Source: Alphaproteobacteria bacterium (lineage in GTDB: Bacteria > Pseudomonadota > Alphaproteobacteria > UBA8317). Taken from it: a stretch of DNA of 34,137 nucleotides. The stretch lies in NCBI GenBank assembly GCA_038131935.1, contig JAYPQH010000024.1, positions 1 through 34,137 on the forward strand. The letters are read 5' to 3'. The notes beneath the pieces are model-generated. The model made no database searches, was not told the DNA's origin, and saw only the letters and a program-made list of their open reading frames with translations. This document shows, piece after piece, positions 33,401 through 34,137 of the stretch; within the stretch, counting starts at the first letter, position 1; every line of letters starts with the position of its first letter. The translations under genes were made by a program, and so were the position numbers.

Positions 33401-33450
33401 ATAAGTCGAGCAAGTGTTTGCTCAGCCGTCACCACACCATCATCCGTCCA
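29567..33450 (-). CDS. 5'-truncated fusion: EEP (ExeM/NucH-like) nuclease with an inserted lamin-tail domain + PhoD alkaline phosphatase + Ig-like repeat + cohesin-like C-terminus (frameshifts near ~31850 and ~29870)
   Basis: EEP motifs GGAPGANIRVAYLYN, RKPL, HNKSK, VLGDFND, LDQI, SDHDP. LTD LLFTEYAEGSSNNKYIEI. PhoD FQHGVASGDP, SCANY, HLGD, WDDHE, WDGY, GDTH. Tail near-identical to that of the 2276..8401 gene. Confidence 0.8.
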
Positions 33451-33545
33451 TTACCACAAGTTGGCCTTCCCGAAACGCTCCTCACCGACCCGTGCTGTTT
33501 AGTCACGCTGTTCAGCACTAGCCCATGATGCCGGTTTGGCAAAGG

Positions 33546-33576
33546 AAAGGGCCTGACAATCTTGTCAGGCCCTTTT
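33546..33576. terminator. Rho-independent terminator downstream of pntB
   Basis: aaagggcctgacaa-tc-ttgtcaggccctttt perfect stem. Confidence 0.9.
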
Positions 33577-33593
33577 CAGTGTCGAAGGTTGGC

Positions 33594-34137
33594 CTAGCGG
33601 CTTGTCAGGCTGGCCAGCAGCTGGTCCAACGAATCTTTCGCATCACCATAAAGCATGCGCGAATTATCCTTGAAGAATAGCGGGTTTTCGATCCCTGAAT
33701 AGCCACGGCCTTGACCGCGTTTGGAAATGATCACCTGTCTGGCTTTCCACACCTTAGCACCGGCATGCCAGCAATCGGGCTGTTCGGGTCGTCTTGGGCG
33801 GCCGGGTTTACAATGTCGTTGCCCCAAGATGATCACCATGTCGGTATCGGGAAAATCAGTGTTGATTTCGTCCATTTCCAGCACAATGTCATAGGGCACC
33901 TTGGCTTCTGCCAGTAGTACATTCATATGACCCGGCAGGCGGCCGGCAACCGGATGAATGGCAAAGCGAACATTTTTGCCCTGATCACGAAGGCGGCGGG
34001 TGATTTCGGATACCGCACCTTGGGCCTGGGCCACCGCCATGCCGTATCCAGGAACGATGATAATTTCTTTCGCATCGGCAAGGTCGGCGGCAACGCTGGC
34101 GACGTCGGTGGCGACCATCTCGCCAAAGCAATACGTA
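33594..34137 (-). CDS. pntB: NAD(P) transhydrogenase subunit beta, C-terminal NADP-binding domain (partial; compensating indels ~33760-33825)
   Basis: [52 protein letters not shown]. Confidence 0.97.
   Translation of the reverse strand, partial: TYCFGEMVATDVASVAADLADAKEIIIVPGYGMAVAQAQGAVSEITRRLRDQGKNVRFAIHPVAGRLPGHMNVLLAEAKVPYDIVLEMDEINTDFPDTDMVIILGQRHCKPGRPRRPEQPDCWHAGAKVWKARQVIISKRGQGRGYSGIENPLFFKDNSRMLYGDAKDSLDQLLASLTSR

Larger units (their letters stand above)
1..33450. mobile_element. Probable genomic island / hypervariable region (no mobility genes seen)
   Basis: Lower GC than pntB by spot counts, accessory surface and catabolic genes, and a truncated gene at the right junction. No integrase, transposase or tRNA in the window. 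Confidence 0.4.

Noticed and set aside
33452-33545. Possible small RNA or tRNA remnant at the junction (gtgctg...cagcac stem)
   Set aside because: Only a short stem; no cloverleaf or recognisable RNA motif.
3-34126. Numerous short antisense or alternate-frame ORFs in the track (e.g. 7281..7811, 14039..14434, 23803..24162)
   Set aside because: They are shadows of well-supported genes, with no motifs or independent translation signals.
1-34137. Many frameshifts read as pseudogenisation, programmed frameshifting or phase variation
   Set aside because: They hit nearly all gene classes including core pntB, often at short homopolymers or as compensating pairs, and catalytic motifs are largely intact. 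Long-read consensus error is simpler, though this cannot be proven without reads.

Overview
AT-rich (spot counts about 40-45% GC) accessory region abutting a higher-GC (spot counts about 57%) core gene, pntB, in a Gram-negative bacterium that is probably a marine proteobacterium (inferred from gene content, not verified). The centre is a complete beta-1,3-glucan (laminarin-type) utilization locus without SusC/D or a TonB receptor. It holds a GH81, a GH16-RTX, an ExoP-C-like lipoprotein, a porin, a CUT1 ABC transporter, a GH1, a LacI regulator and its own zwf-pgl-edd-eda-glk Entner-Doudoroff operon. Five TGWAAGCGSTTWCA palindromes tie it together. Modular surface proteins flank the core: (i) a ~2000-aa lipoprotein with tandem CBM-like domains, Ig-like repeats, a C-type lectin and a C-terminal cohesin-like domain; (ii) a CBM x3 + dockerin protein; (iii) a 5'-truncated nuclease/LTD/PhoD fusion ending in the same cohesin-like tail. 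Together these suggest a minimal cohesin-dockerin surface complex co-regulated with laminarin use. Nested long repeats bracket the locus. A ~914-bp direct repeat could allow excision or amplification, and ~438-bp and ~236-bp in-gene inverted repeats could invert the core and swap the cohesin and dockerin tails between genes. Many single-base frameshifts look like long-read consensus errors, so several gene models are stitched by hand. Domain calls are by motif recognition only; no searches were run.
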